A stretch of 64,000 nt of DNA. Source: an uncultured Clostridia bacterium. Its GTDB lineage: Bacteria; Bacillota; Clostridia; TANB77; CAG-508. How positions within the stretch are numbered: the first letter of the stretch is position 1; each line of letters opens with the position of its first letter. Below, in pieces: positions 51,423 through 60,133 of this stretch. The position numbers and the translations under genes were made by a program. The stretch is from positions 11,882 through 75,881 of the forward strand of contig CAKPIA010000006.1 in NCBI GenBank assembly GCA_934162205.1, written 5' to 3'. The notes below the pieces were generated by a model. It ran no database searches, had not been told where the DNA came from, and saw only the letters and a list, made by a program, of their open reading frames with translations.

Positions 51423-52883
51423 ATGAAAATAAAGCAAACTAAAGGTATTACATTAATAGCATTAGTAATAACAATTATAATATTATTAATACTAGCAGGA
51501 GTAACAATAACGATGTTGACAGGAGATAATGGAATACTAAAACAAGCAACAAATGCAAGAGAAACAAATAGTAAAGCAGAATTTGAAGAACAAGTAAAAT
51601 TAGCAGTAATAGCATCAAGAGTAAATGATACAGCAAGTATAGATTTAAAAGCATTAGATGAAGAATTAAATAAAATAAGTGGAACAATAATAACAAAATC
51701 AGCAGATAATAATTTACCATGGACAGTAAAAAAAGGAAGTTATGAAGTAACAATAACAGCAGATGGAACAATAACATCAAACACAACAGGAAAAGATGAA
51801 CCAGTTGTTGAATCAGAAGTTGTAAAACAAGCGAAATCAGCAATGCCAGAAGGAGCATCAATAGACGCAACTACAAATGAAAACACAGGAATAGTAATGA
51901 TAGATAGTAATCAAAATGAATGGGTATGGATAGAAGTACCACCAACAGTATTTACAACTGCAAAAAATAGTACAGATTATGATAATATAAAAGCAGATTT
52001 AATAGCATATGCAAGTGATTATAGGGAAAGTTATACAGATAAGTGGTATGCTATGGATGGAGAAACATTAGTAACAGCGAGTACAGAGGGATTAACAGAA
52101 GCACAAAAATTACTAAATAATGGATGTGGATTAACATATAATGAATATAATACAAATTATAATAAAATGTTAAGTAGCATATATAAAAATAAGGGATTTT
52201 ATATAGGGAGATATGAAGCTGGAATAGCAGGTAGTGATGAGAATACAAGCTTAGCAAGATATAGTAGAACAGAAATAACAAGCAACACACCAAAAGCTGT
52301 AAGCAGAAAAGATATGATACCATATAATTTTGTGACTTGTAGTGATGCACAACAATTAGCAAATGGAATGAGTACAGGAAATAAAACAAGTAGTTTAATG
52401 TATGGAATCCAATGGAATTTAGTATGTAAGTTTTTAGAAGTAAAAGGTAATTGGGATACAACTGAGAATACAGCACAATATTATATAAAACAAAATAGTA
52501 CAAGTTGGGGAAATTATGCTAATAGTAGTATAACATTATCAAGAGGAAAATATAATATAAATCCAAGTTTATCATCAAGCATATGGACACCATTTGGTAC
52601 AGATACATTAAATTATGTAACATCAAGTAAAACCAATAGCAGTACATCATACTACCAATTATTAACAACAGGAGCAAGTGAAGATACTAACAAAATGAAT
52701 ATATATGATTTTGCTGGAAATGAATATGAGTGGATATTAGAGACTACTGCCAACACCTACAATCCTTGTAACGTTAGGGGAGGTAGTTGCAACAACGGTG
52801 GCAACAATCCAGCTTCTTGTTGCAATGCCAGTAGGACGACTAACAGCAATTGCGTCATTGGACTACGTTCCTCACTTTATTAG
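51423..52883 (+). CDS. pilin-like N-terminus fused to an FGE/SUMF1-like domain, with Cys-rich C-terminal tail
   Basis: N-terminus MKIKQTKG/ITLIALVITIIILLILAGV resembles a class-III (prepilin) signal (G-hydrophobic-T-L-I-x-L), but with Ala where the conserved Glu5 would be. C-terminal half matches the FGE-sulfatase fold signatures (YGIQWNLVCKF; FAGNEYEWI; NVRGGSCNNGG; NCVIGLRSS). Tail has six Cys. Confidence 0.7.
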   Translation: MKIKQTKGITLIALVITIIILLILAGVTITMLTGDNGILKQATNARETNSKAEFEEQVKLAVIASRVNDTASIDLKALDEELNKISGTIITKSADNNLPWTVKKGSYEVTITADGTITSNTTGKDEPVVESEVVKQAKSAMPEGASIDATTNENTGIVMIDSNQNEWVWIEVPPTVFTTAKNSTDYDNIKADLIAYASDYRESYTDKWYAMDGETLVTASTEGLTEAQKLLNNGCGLTYNEYNTNYNKMLSSIYKNKGFYIGRYEAGIAGSDENTSLARYSRTEITSNTPKAVSRKDMIPYNFVTCSDAQQLANGMSTGNKTSSLMYGIQWNLVCKFLEVKGNWDTTENTAQYYIKQNSTSWGNYANSSITLSRGKYNINPSLSSSIWTPFGTDTLNYVTSSKTNSSTSYYQLLTTGASEDTNKMNIYDFAGNEYEWILETTANTYNPCNVRGGSCNNGGNNPASCCNASRTTNSNCVIGLRSSLY

Positions 52884-53041
52884 TAGAGTGGTACTCTAAA
52901 GCCGTGATTAGAGTATAGCAATAAAATAACTTTAAGTGGAAAAAAGAGATTGTATTTTATAGTGTATACATTTGAAAAATAATGTATACACTATTTTTAT
53001 ATCAATATAAATAGATCAAAAACATAGGAATTTTTTAAACA

Positions 53042-53070
53042 TTGCATTTTACATAAAATTGTGGTAAAAT
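53042..53070 (+). promoter_or_regulatory. sigma-A-type promoter TTGCAT-17-TAAAAT with TG extension
   Basis: Hexamers with 17-nt spacing, 76 nt upstream of the 155-aa ORF. Confidence 0.4.
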
Positions 53071-53146
53071 AAAAACTATAAAAAGTAAAAAAGCTAATCA
53101 AAAATTAGGTTAGCATACATTATGATTAAGACAGGAGGGAAAATTT

Positions 53147-53614
53147 ATGAAAACTTTAGCTTATGAAGTTGTTTTTCGGTTAGAAAATACAATACATGAA
53201 CAAATCATTAATAATGGATTTATAGTTGTTTACTTTAATGAAGAAGATAATTTTAAGTTTTTAGAAGGCTTACTAACAAATGATTATATGTATGGAAAGC
53301 TGGAAAATGATAAATGGATTCTTAATTTGTATTCTTCATATATTCTTCAGGAATTATATTCTAGAAATGATGCAATGAAATTAACTGAAGAATTAGTAAA
53401 TCAAATGGAAATTTCTTGGCAAGGAATTATGGGAATAGATGAGCTTGAATTTCCATTTGAGATTAATTTAGAATTGGAATATCCAATTAATAATGGTAAA
53501 GAACTTGTAAAGGAAAAAGTAAACATTGCTTGTGGGAGACCATTAAGTGATGTTGAAAAGTATAAAAGTCTTATTGAAGATTTTAAAAATAATAAAGTTT
53601 TTGTAAGTTTATAA
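53147..53614 (+). CDS. hypothetical cytoplasmic protein (155 aa), monocistronic
   Basis: AGGAGGG RBS. Has its own promoter-like element and a strong terminator. No recognised motifs. Confidence 0.55.
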   Translation: MKTLAYEVVFRLENTIHEQIINNGFIVVYFNEEDNFKFLEGLLTNDYMYGKLENDKWILNLYSSYILQELYSRNDAMKLTEELVNQMEISWQGIMGIDELEFPFEINLELEYPINNGKELVKEKVNIACGRPLSDVEKYKSLIEDFKNNKVFVSL

Positions 53615-53622
53615 GAACGGTC

Positions 53623-53655
53623 AATGACCGTTCTTATTTATTTTGCATAATTTTG
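53623..53655 (+). terminator. rho-independent terminator (GC-containing stem AAGAACGG/CCGTTCTT, T-rich tail)
   Basis: AAGAACGGTCAATGACCGTTCTTATTTATTTTG directly after the stop. Confidence 0.8.
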
Positions 53656-53706
53656 TAAAATATATAAATAATATTAATAGATTTATTTAAGGAGTTGATT
53701 ATTTAT

Positions 53707-54630
53707 ATGTATAATTTTAGAACAGATTTAGCAACAGAAAGAAGAGATATATACAAAAAAGCAAATAGTATAGAAAATGATATAAATGGTATAGAAAGTA
53801 CAAAAGAAGAAATTAATGATAAAATCTCAGTAGAAAAAGTAAAAATATTAAATGAAGAAGGAGAAAAAGCAATAGGAAAACCTATTGGAAATTATATTAC
53901 AATAGATATTAAAAAATTAAAATTAGCACAAGAAGAGGATATACAAAATGCATCAGAGGTATTAACAAATGAATTAAAAAATATTTTAGATATGCATGTA
54001 CAAAAACAAGATGAGATTATAATAGTTGGATTAGGTAATATATATGTAACACCAGATAGTTTAGGTCCTAAGGTAATTAATGAAATAGATGTTACTCGTC
54101 ATTTAATAAAATATGTGCCAGATGTTGTAGAAAAAGATACAAGAAGTGTAAGTGCTGTTGCTCCTGGAGTTTTAGGAACAACAGGAATAGAAACAGTTGA
54201 AATTTTAAAGGGAATTATAGAAAATACTCATCCAAAATTAGTTGTAGTAATTGATGCATTAGCATCTAGAAGTATAGAAAGAATTAGTAGTACAATACAA
54301 ATTTCTGATACTGGAATAATTCCAGGTGGTGGCGTTGGAAATGCAAGAACAGAAATAAGTGAAAAAACTTTAGGAATTCCAGTAATAGCTTTAGGAATAC
54401 CAACAGTTGTAGAAACAGCGGTATTGGTAAATGATTCGTTAAATCTTTTTATAGATAAATTACAAAATGATGCCAAATCTAATTCATATTTAAATGAAAT
54501 AAAAGAAAAAGATAACTACGAAGAAATAAAAGATGCTTTAAATCCATCTGATTATAATATGATTGTTACTCCAAAAGAGATAGATGATTTAATAGAAAAT
54601 ATGAAAGATATAGTTGCAAGACGGCATTAA
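53707..54630 (+). CDS. gpr: germination protease (spore endopeptidase Gpr, MEROPS A25)
   Basis: IIVGLGNIYVTPDSLGPKV and ISDTGIIPGGGVGN match the remembered Bacillus Gpr (IVGLGNWNVTPDALGP; ISDTGIHPGSGVGN). Confidence 0.85.
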   Translation: MYNFRTDLATERRDIYKKANSIENDINGIESTKEEINDKISVEKVKILNEEGEKAIGKPIGNYITIDIKKLKLAQEEDIQNASEVLTNELKNILDMHVQKQDEIIIVGLGNIYVTPDSLGPKVINEIDVTRHLIKYVPDVVEKDTRSVSAVAPGVLGTTGIETVEILKGIIENTHPKLVVVIDALASRSIERISSTIQISDTGIIPGGGVGNARTEISEKTLGIPVIALGIPTVVETAVLVNDSLNLFIDKLQNDAKSNSYLNEIKEKDNYEEIKDALNPSDYNMIVTPKEIDDLIENMKDIVARRH

Positions 54631-54688
54631 TTTTGCAATAAATTAGTAATATTTTTTTCATAATAATCCTTCATACATTTGTCATAAT

Positions 54689-54717
54689 TTGACAAGACAG
54701 TAATAAAATGGTATAAT
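54689..54717 (+). promoter_or_regulatory. sigma-A-type promoter TTGACA-17-TATAAT (TG-extended) overlapping a TGTCA-N5-TGACA palindrome
   Basis: Perfect consensus hexamers with 17-nt spacer. TSS predicted about 25 nt upstream of the ATG at 54749. Confidence 0.55.
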
Positions 54718-54748
54718 GAAGAGGTGCTTTCAAAAAAAGGAGGAAAAT

Positions 54749-55495
54749 ATGAAAGAAAATAATAATACTAAACTAAGAATTGGACAAATAATATATGTAA
54801 GTTTAGCAATAGTTTTTTTAACAATATTTATAACAATAAACAATTTAAATAACCAAGAAATAGAAGTAGCTGATAAAACAGTAAATAATGAAATAGTAGA
54901 AGAAACAAATAAAGTAGAAGTAGCAGAACAAAGCAAAGAAACTAGTAGTAGAAGTACAATAAGAGAAAAAAGTGCAACAATAACAAGCAGATCTTCATCA
55001 AGTATTAGAGAAGCTGTATCAGAAGAAAAATATGTATCATTAGATGAAGTATCTATATCAAGAAATATGGATTTAACAGAAAGAACAGGATTATCAAAAG
55101 AAGATTTTAAAACATTAGTAGCAAATACAAAACAAGACACAACAAAGTTCTTCTATAATAATAGTGATACAATATATGACTTATGTAAAAAATATGAATT
55201 AAATGAAATATTTTTCTGTGGTTTAATAGCTGGTGAATCAGGATGGAATATAGCATCTAATCACAGAAATACTCATAACTATATAAGCTTAATGTCAAAT
55301 GGTAAATTATTAAGATTTGCAACTGTTGAAGAAGGATTAGAAAAAGCGGCTAGTACTCTTCACAATAAATATTTATCTACAAGTGGTAGATTTTATGCAG
55401 GTAAAACATTAGATGGTGTTAAAAAAAGATTTTGTCCAGCATCATCAACTTGGACAAATTTAATATATAAATGTATGAGTCAAATGGTAAATTAG
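54749..55495 (+). CDS. membrane-anchored glucosaminidase-domain protein (FlgJ/LytD-like N-acetylglucosaminidase fold)
   Basis: TM near the N-terminus. C-terminal GESGWNIASNHRNTHNYISLMS ... FATVEEGLEKAASTL resembles the glucosaminidase (ESGWG...NLFGIK) signature. Start placed downstream of the predicted TSS. Confidence 0.6.
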   Translation: MKENNNTKLRIGQIIYVSLAIVFLTIFITINNLNNQEIEVADKTVNNEIVEETNKVEVAEQSKETSSRSTIREKSATITSRSSSSIREAVSEEKYVSLDEVSISRNMDLTERTGLSKEDFKTLVANTKQDTTKFFYNNSDTIYDLCKKYELNEIFFCGLIAGESGWNIASNHRNTHNYISLMSNGKLLRFATVEEGLEKAASTLHNKYLSTSGRFYAGKTLDGVKKRFCPASSTWTNLIYKCMSQMVN

Positions 55496-55496
55496 A

Positions 55497-55527
55497 ACTT
55501 TTAAATAAGTTCTAATTTTTTTGGCAT
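55497..55527 (+). terminator. rho-independent terminator (TTAGAACTT/AAGTTCTAA stem, T7)
   Basis: 9-bp perfect stem, 6-nt loop, then TTTTTTT. Confidence 0.7.
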
Positions 55528-55555
55528 TAACAAATTATAATTTACAATTAATGGA

Positions 55556-55584
55556 GCATTTGCAAATATTATGTAAATATGATA
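55556..55584 (+). promoter_or_regulatory. sigma-A-type promoter TTGCAA-17-TATAAT with TG extension
   Basis: Near-consensus hexamers, 17-nt spacer, 36 nt upstream of the 778-aa ORF. Confidence 0.55.
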
Positions 55585-55619
55585 TAATATAAGATAGTAG
55601 TTTAAAAAAGGAGAATTGT

Positions 55620-57956
55620 ATGAAAGATTTAAAAGATATGTCTATTGGTGAAGTTTTAGAAAAAATAGGAATATTTGCAAGCAATATTGATTTTCAAATT
55701 TTTATTAAAGATGAACAATTAATTGAGGAAATTAATAATCTTTTTTCTCAAAAAAGACATACTACTAAAATGGATTATATTACTAATTTTATAAAAGAAA
55801 ATGAAAAAAATATAGATATTGAAAAATTTGTTTTGACACAGCTATATAGAATGGAAACAGTAAAAAGAGAAATGAAAAAAGAAAATAAAAGATTTGAGAT
55901 AAAACAAGTTGGAGAAAAGGTTTCTGTTCCTGAAGAAAGTATAGAAAGAAAGATGAATATAGCAAAAGAACTTTTAAAAAACTATAAAGGTAGTATATTA
56001 ATCTTAGATGAAAACAATAAAGAACAAATTGTAAATATGGATATTTTGAATAATGGAAAAACTTCTCAAAAAAATACTCATAAATTACAAAAACTTGATG
56101 AAAATGAAAGTTTAGATTTGATTTGTTCAACTTTAAGTTGGGAAGATATTCCAGATTTGGTTTCATCAAATGATCCTAATTTTTCAGAATATTTAATAGA
56201 CTATACTGTACAAAATACTGTTAATAATACTTTACCTACATATTATAATTGTAGTGAACAAGAAATAGAAAAGCATATGCAAACACCAGAGTACAGAAAA
56301 GAATTTTATAAGCGATTAAAAGAAACATTTAAAGAATATTCAAAGTTTATACAGGTTGATAAAATGATGGCTATAGGAATTTATAGAAACTTAAAGTATT
56401 TAGATGTTAAAGAGATTGAAGGAAATATGTGCAAATTAATTATAGAACAATTAAAAGAAATTTATAATCAAATTGATCCAAAAACAAAAACATCAAAAAG
56501 TAAGTTTAAAATTTTAGAAGATACAGATAGCCAAGAAAAAATAAGTATTTTTCCAAAAGAGTTAAAGAAAATGTTAGATGAAAACTTTATAGATAATAAG
56601 TTTATAGGGAAAAATACAATAAAAGCTATGAAAAGAGAAATATTGGAATATGAGGTTCCATTAACAGAATATGATCCAATAGTACTAAAACTATTAGAAA
56701 TTAATATGGATGAATTAATGCAAATATTAAATAATCCATCAAACTTTGAGTATTTAATGCAATATGAAATGATAAATGATGAGGTACTAGAATATGTATT
56801 AAATACAAAAAATGATATGCCAGTAAAGATATATGAGCAATTATTAAATGGTGGAATGATTGATAAACAATATATATTAGACTTATATTCAGATGGTATT
56901 ATTACTTTAGAACAAATAAAAGAGTTAAATGAATTTTCTGAATTACATATAGAAGAAATTGTTCAAGAAGAAGAAATGATAAGATTATATAAAGAATTTT
57001 ATATGTACGGAAAAGATGAAGAAACATTTAATAGTTATATGCAATTATATAAAGAATTAAGAGTTAAAGGTAAGGATATATCAGAAAAAAGAGAAAATGG
57101 AAATAGATTGGTTGAAGAACTTGGAGAAGATTTTGAAGAAGAGGATTTAAAACAAATGTATAAATTAGGAATTATTCCGGTTGATACTGCAATAGAGTGG
57201 GGAGGAGATTCAATAACTCAAGATATGTTTAACAAAGGAATATTAAAACCTATAGATGCTAAAAGATTATATAAAGAAAATGTTTTAAATTTAGATATGA
57301 TAAAACAAGTATTAAGATCAAAAGAAATATCAGATGAAGATAAATTAGCTTTAATTGGAAGTACTTTTGATGATGAACAAGATTTTGAAATGAAAATGGA
57401 ATTAATGCAATATTTAAATTTAGTTACAGACGAAAATAGTTCAAATAGTAAAGGCCAAAAACGTTTAAAAAGAAATAACAATTCTATAATAGATGTTAAA
57501 AATGCATATATTACAGATCCATTTGCAAGATGGCAATTAATATCTTTATTAGATAATGAATATTCACAAGAAGTTTTAAGAGATGGATATATTATATTTG
57601 AATTACCAAATATAAATGATGGTACTGTAATAATAGAAAAGATGTTTAAAAAATCTCAAAATAGAGTTGTTCCTTCTTATGGAAATGCTACATATATATT
57701 ATCTAAAAAACAATTTGATAAATCAAAAAATTATATAACTGATGAAACCTTAGGTGGTAAAGTTATAAATTTAGGAGAATTAGCAGAAGTAAGAGAAGCT
57801 AGAAATGCTGATAGATTGAATCATTCTAGTAGATGGGGAAGTAATATAAAGGATTATTTTGAAGTTGGAAAAGACCAAAGTAGATATACTGAAGAGCAAA
57901 TACAAAAAATAGATAAAACAATAGAAAGTATAGAAAATTCTAGAAGATTAAAATAG
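55620..57956 (+). CDS. hypothetical large acidic protein (778 aa), first gene of a two-gene operon
   Basis: GGAG RBS. No TM segment, no P-loop, no nuclease or peptidase motif that I can recognise. E/K-rich with helical character. Confidence 0.7.
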   Translation: MKDLKDMSIGEVLEKIGIFASNIDFQIFIKDEQLIEEINNLFSQKRHTTKMDYITNFIKENEKNIDIEKFVLTQLYRMETVKREMKKENKRFEIKQVGEKVSVPEESIERKMNIAKELLKNYKGSILILDENNKEQIVNMDILNNGKTSQKNTHKLQKLDENESLDLICSTLSWEDIPDLVSSNDPNFSEYLIDYTVQNTVNNTLPTYYNCSEQEIEKHMQTPEYRKEFYKRLKETFKEYSKFIQVDKMMAIGIYRNLKYLDVKEIEGNMCKLIIEQLKEIYNQIDPKTKTSKSKFKILEDTDSQEKISIFPKELKKMLDENFIDNKFIGKNTIKAMKREILEYEVPLTEYDPIVLKLLEINMDELMQILNNPSNFEYLMQYEMINDEVLEYVLNTKNDMPVKIYEQLLNGGMIDKQYILDLYSDGIITLEQIKELNEFSELHIEEIVQEEEMIRLYKEFYMYGKDEETFNSYMQLYKELRVKGKDISEKRENGNRLVEELGEDFEEEDLKQMYKLGIIPVDTAIEWGGDSITQDMFNKGILKPIDAKRLYKENVLNLDMIKQVLRSKEISDEDKLALIGSTFDDEQDFEMKMELMQYLNLVTDENSSNSKGQKRLKRNNNSIIDVKNAYITDPFARWQLISLLDNEYSQEVLRDGYIIFELPNINDGTVIIEKMFKKSQNRVVPSYGNATYILSKKQFDKSKNYITDETLGGKVINLGELAEVREARNADRLNHSSRWGSNIKDYFEVGKDQSRYTEEQIQKIDKTIESIENSRRLK

Positions 57957-57965
57957 GAGAAAAAC

Positions 57966-58805
57966 ATGGAAGAAACATTAAAAGATGTTTTAAAAAAGAA
58001 AAGTACTAATATAAGTATAAATAAAGATAGATATAAAAAAATATTAAATGATATTATGTTAGAAATAAAAGATAATAAAGAAGAATTTAAAAGGGTTAAT
58101 GATATAGATAAAAATATATATGATACTAATATAGATATAGAAAAGCTAGTAAATATTATAAAAAATTCACAAGAAAAAGAATTAATATTAAATAAAAATT
58201 CTAAAAATATATTAATATCTTATTATGGAAGTCCATATATTACTTTAGAATTGTGCATAGAAGCTATTAAAACGAATAATAAGCTAATTTTAGCAATAGA
58301 GGATTATATGTTAGGTATAAATAAATTAATAGTTAATATCGTTCAAAATATATTAAATGATTATAGAATCGAAAACAAAATATTTATATTTAATTTATTA
58401 GATAAAAATGCTATTGCTCAAAATGCTGAAATTGATAAAGTTATTTGTATAGGAAACAAAAATACATTTGAGCTATATAAAAAGATACAAATAAATAATT
58501 TGATATATTATCCGTTTAATAATATTGATTTATATTGCGATACAGATGAATTAGAAGAATTACAAGAAATAATATATCAATATGCAGAAAAGAATTTTAT
58601 TGATTTAGAGATTTATGATGAATTCGAAAATATTAATAAAGCTGTTGAATATTTAAATAAATATGGTAATAAGTTTTGTACAGTATTACTTACTAAATCA
58701 AAAGAAAGTGAAGAGATTTTTAGAAATAGTATTATATCAAATTATATCTTTGTAAATGAAAATCCATTTGGCAAATACGAGTTTAACATTGATGAATATA
58801 TATAA
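57966..58805 (+). CDS. hypothetical protein (279 aa), second gene of the two-gene operon
   Basis: Begins 10 nt after the upstream stop, with GGAGA RBS. No recognised motif. A weak resemblance between YYGSPYITLELCIEAIKTNNKLILAIED and the aldehyde-dehydrogenase NAD-binding stretch is noted, but it is not convincing. Confidence 0.6.
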   Translation: MEETLKDVLKKKSTNISINKDRYKKILNDIMLEIKDNKEEFKRVNDIDKNIYDTNIDIEKLVNIIKNSQEKELILNKNSKNILISYYGSPYITLELCIEAIKTNNKLILAIEDYMLGINKLIVNIVQNILNDYRIENKIFIFNLLDKNAIAQNAEIDKVICIGNKNTFELYKKIQINNLIYYPFNNIDLYCDTDELEELQEIIYQYAEKNFIDLEIYDEFENINKAVEYLNKYGNKFCTVLLTKSKESEEIFRNSIISNYIFVNENPFGKYEFNIDEYI

Positions 58806-58810
58806 ACATA

Positions 58811-58841
58811 AAAGAAGCGGTTTAATACTGTTTCTTTTTTT
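58811..58841 (+). terminator. probable rho-independent terminator (8-bp stem with G-U wobble, T7)
   Basis: AAAGAAGC ggtttaatact GTTTCTTT TTTT. Confidence 0.5.
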
Positions 58842-58842
58842 C

Positions 58843-58871
58843 TTGACAAAAGCAAACAAATATTCTATAAT
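58843..58871 (+). promoter_or_regulatory. sigma-A-type promoter TTGACA-17-TATAAT upstream of dinB
   Basis: Perfect consensus hexamers, 17-nt spacer, 17 nt upstream of the dinB start codon. Confidence 0.55.
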
Positions 58872-58888
58872 AATTTTAGGTGATAATT

Positions 58889-60103
58889 ATGGAAAGACAA
58901 ATATTACATGTAGATGTTAATAATGCCTTTTTAAGTTGGACTGCTGTAGAAAAACTAAAAAACGGAGAAGAAATAGATATAAGAAATATACCTTCTGTTA
59001 TAGGTGGAGATGAACAAAAACGTTCTGGAATAGTTTTAGCTAAAAGTATGAAAGCAAAAGAATGTGGAATAGTAACTGGCGAAACATTATATCAAGCAAG
59101 AAAAAAATGTCCAAATTTACAAGTATTTTCAAGTGAGTTTAAAGTATATAGAAAATATTCAAATCTATTATATAATTTGTTATTAGAATATACCGATAAA
59201 ATAGAAAGATATAGTATAGATGAATGTTTTTTGGATATGACTAATTTTTTGCTAAATAGTACATTATTAGAGAAAGCAAAAGAAATTAGTAAAAGAGTAA
59301 AAGAAGAATTAGGATTTACAGTAAATATAGGAGTAGCACATAATAAGTTATTGGCTAAAATGGCATCAGATTTCGAAAAGCCTGATAAAATACATACATT
59401 GTTTGAAAATGAAATAGAAAGTAAAATGTGGGCACTTCCAGTAAAAGAATTATTTATGTTAGGAAGAAAAACAGCACCAAAATTATACAATATGAGAATA
59501 AAAACAATAGGTGATTTAGCAAAAACAGACAAAACAATATTAATTAAATTGTTTGGAAAACATGGTAATATGATGTGGGAGTATGCAAATGGAATAGATA
59601 CAACACCTGTAAAATATATAAAGGAAGATCCTAAAAGTATAGGAAATTCTGTTACGTTACCAAGAGATATTTATAAAATGGAAGAACTAAATGAAATTCT
59701 TCTTACATTAGTAGAACAGGTATCATACAGACTTAGAAAGTATAATATGGTTGCTACAACTGTTAGTGTACAACTAAGAACAAAAGATTTTGAAGATTAT
59801 TCTCATCAAAAAAAGTTAAGTACAACAACTTCTAATACTAAAGAAATATATATAAAATCAAAAGAATTGTTACAAGAAATGTATAAAAATCAAAAACCAA
59901 TAAGATTAGTTGGTTTAAGAGTAGATGGACTAATAAAAAAGGATGAACTGCAAATATCTTTATTTGATAATAATAACAATAAAAAACAAGACAAATTGGA
60001 TAGTGTAATAGATAATTTAAATGAAAAATATGGATATAATTCAATTACTAGAGCAGGAAAACTTAATATAGAAGAAATAGTAAAAATGAACCCTAAATTA
60101 TAA
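58889..60103 (+). CDS. dinB: DNA polymerase IV (Y-family translesion polymerase)
   Basis: ILHVDVNNAFLS palm start. SIDECFLDMT catalytic Asp/Glu. Little-finger domain. About 404 aa. Confidence 0.85.
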   Translation: MERQILHVDVNNAFLSWTAVEKLKNGEEIDIRNIPSVIGGDEQKRSGIVLAKSMKAKECGIVTGETLYQARKKCPNLQVFSSEFKVYRKYSNLLYNLLLEYTDKIERYSIDECFLDMTNFLLNSTLLEKAKEISKRVKEELGFTVNIGVAHNKLLAKMASDFEKPDKIHTLFENEIESKMWALPVKELFMLGRKTAPKLYNMRIKTIGDLAKTDKTILIKLFGKHGNMMWEYANGIDTTPVKYIKEDPKSIGNSVTLPRDIYKMEELNEILLTLVEQVSYRLRKYNMVATTVSVQLRTKDFEDYSHQKKLSTTTSNTKEIYIKSKELLQEMYKNQKPIRLVGLRVDGLIKKDELQISLFDNNNNKKQDKLDSVIDNLNEKYGYNSITRAGKLNIEEIVKMNPKL

Positions 60104-60133
60104 TTTAGGATTCATTTTTTATAATATAAATTA

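Noticed and set aside
51475-52503. Leucine-rich antisense ORFs (131 aa and 150 aa) opposite the pilin/FGE gene
   Set aside because: The same shadow effect applies: the sense strand has a convincing FGE-domain reading frame.
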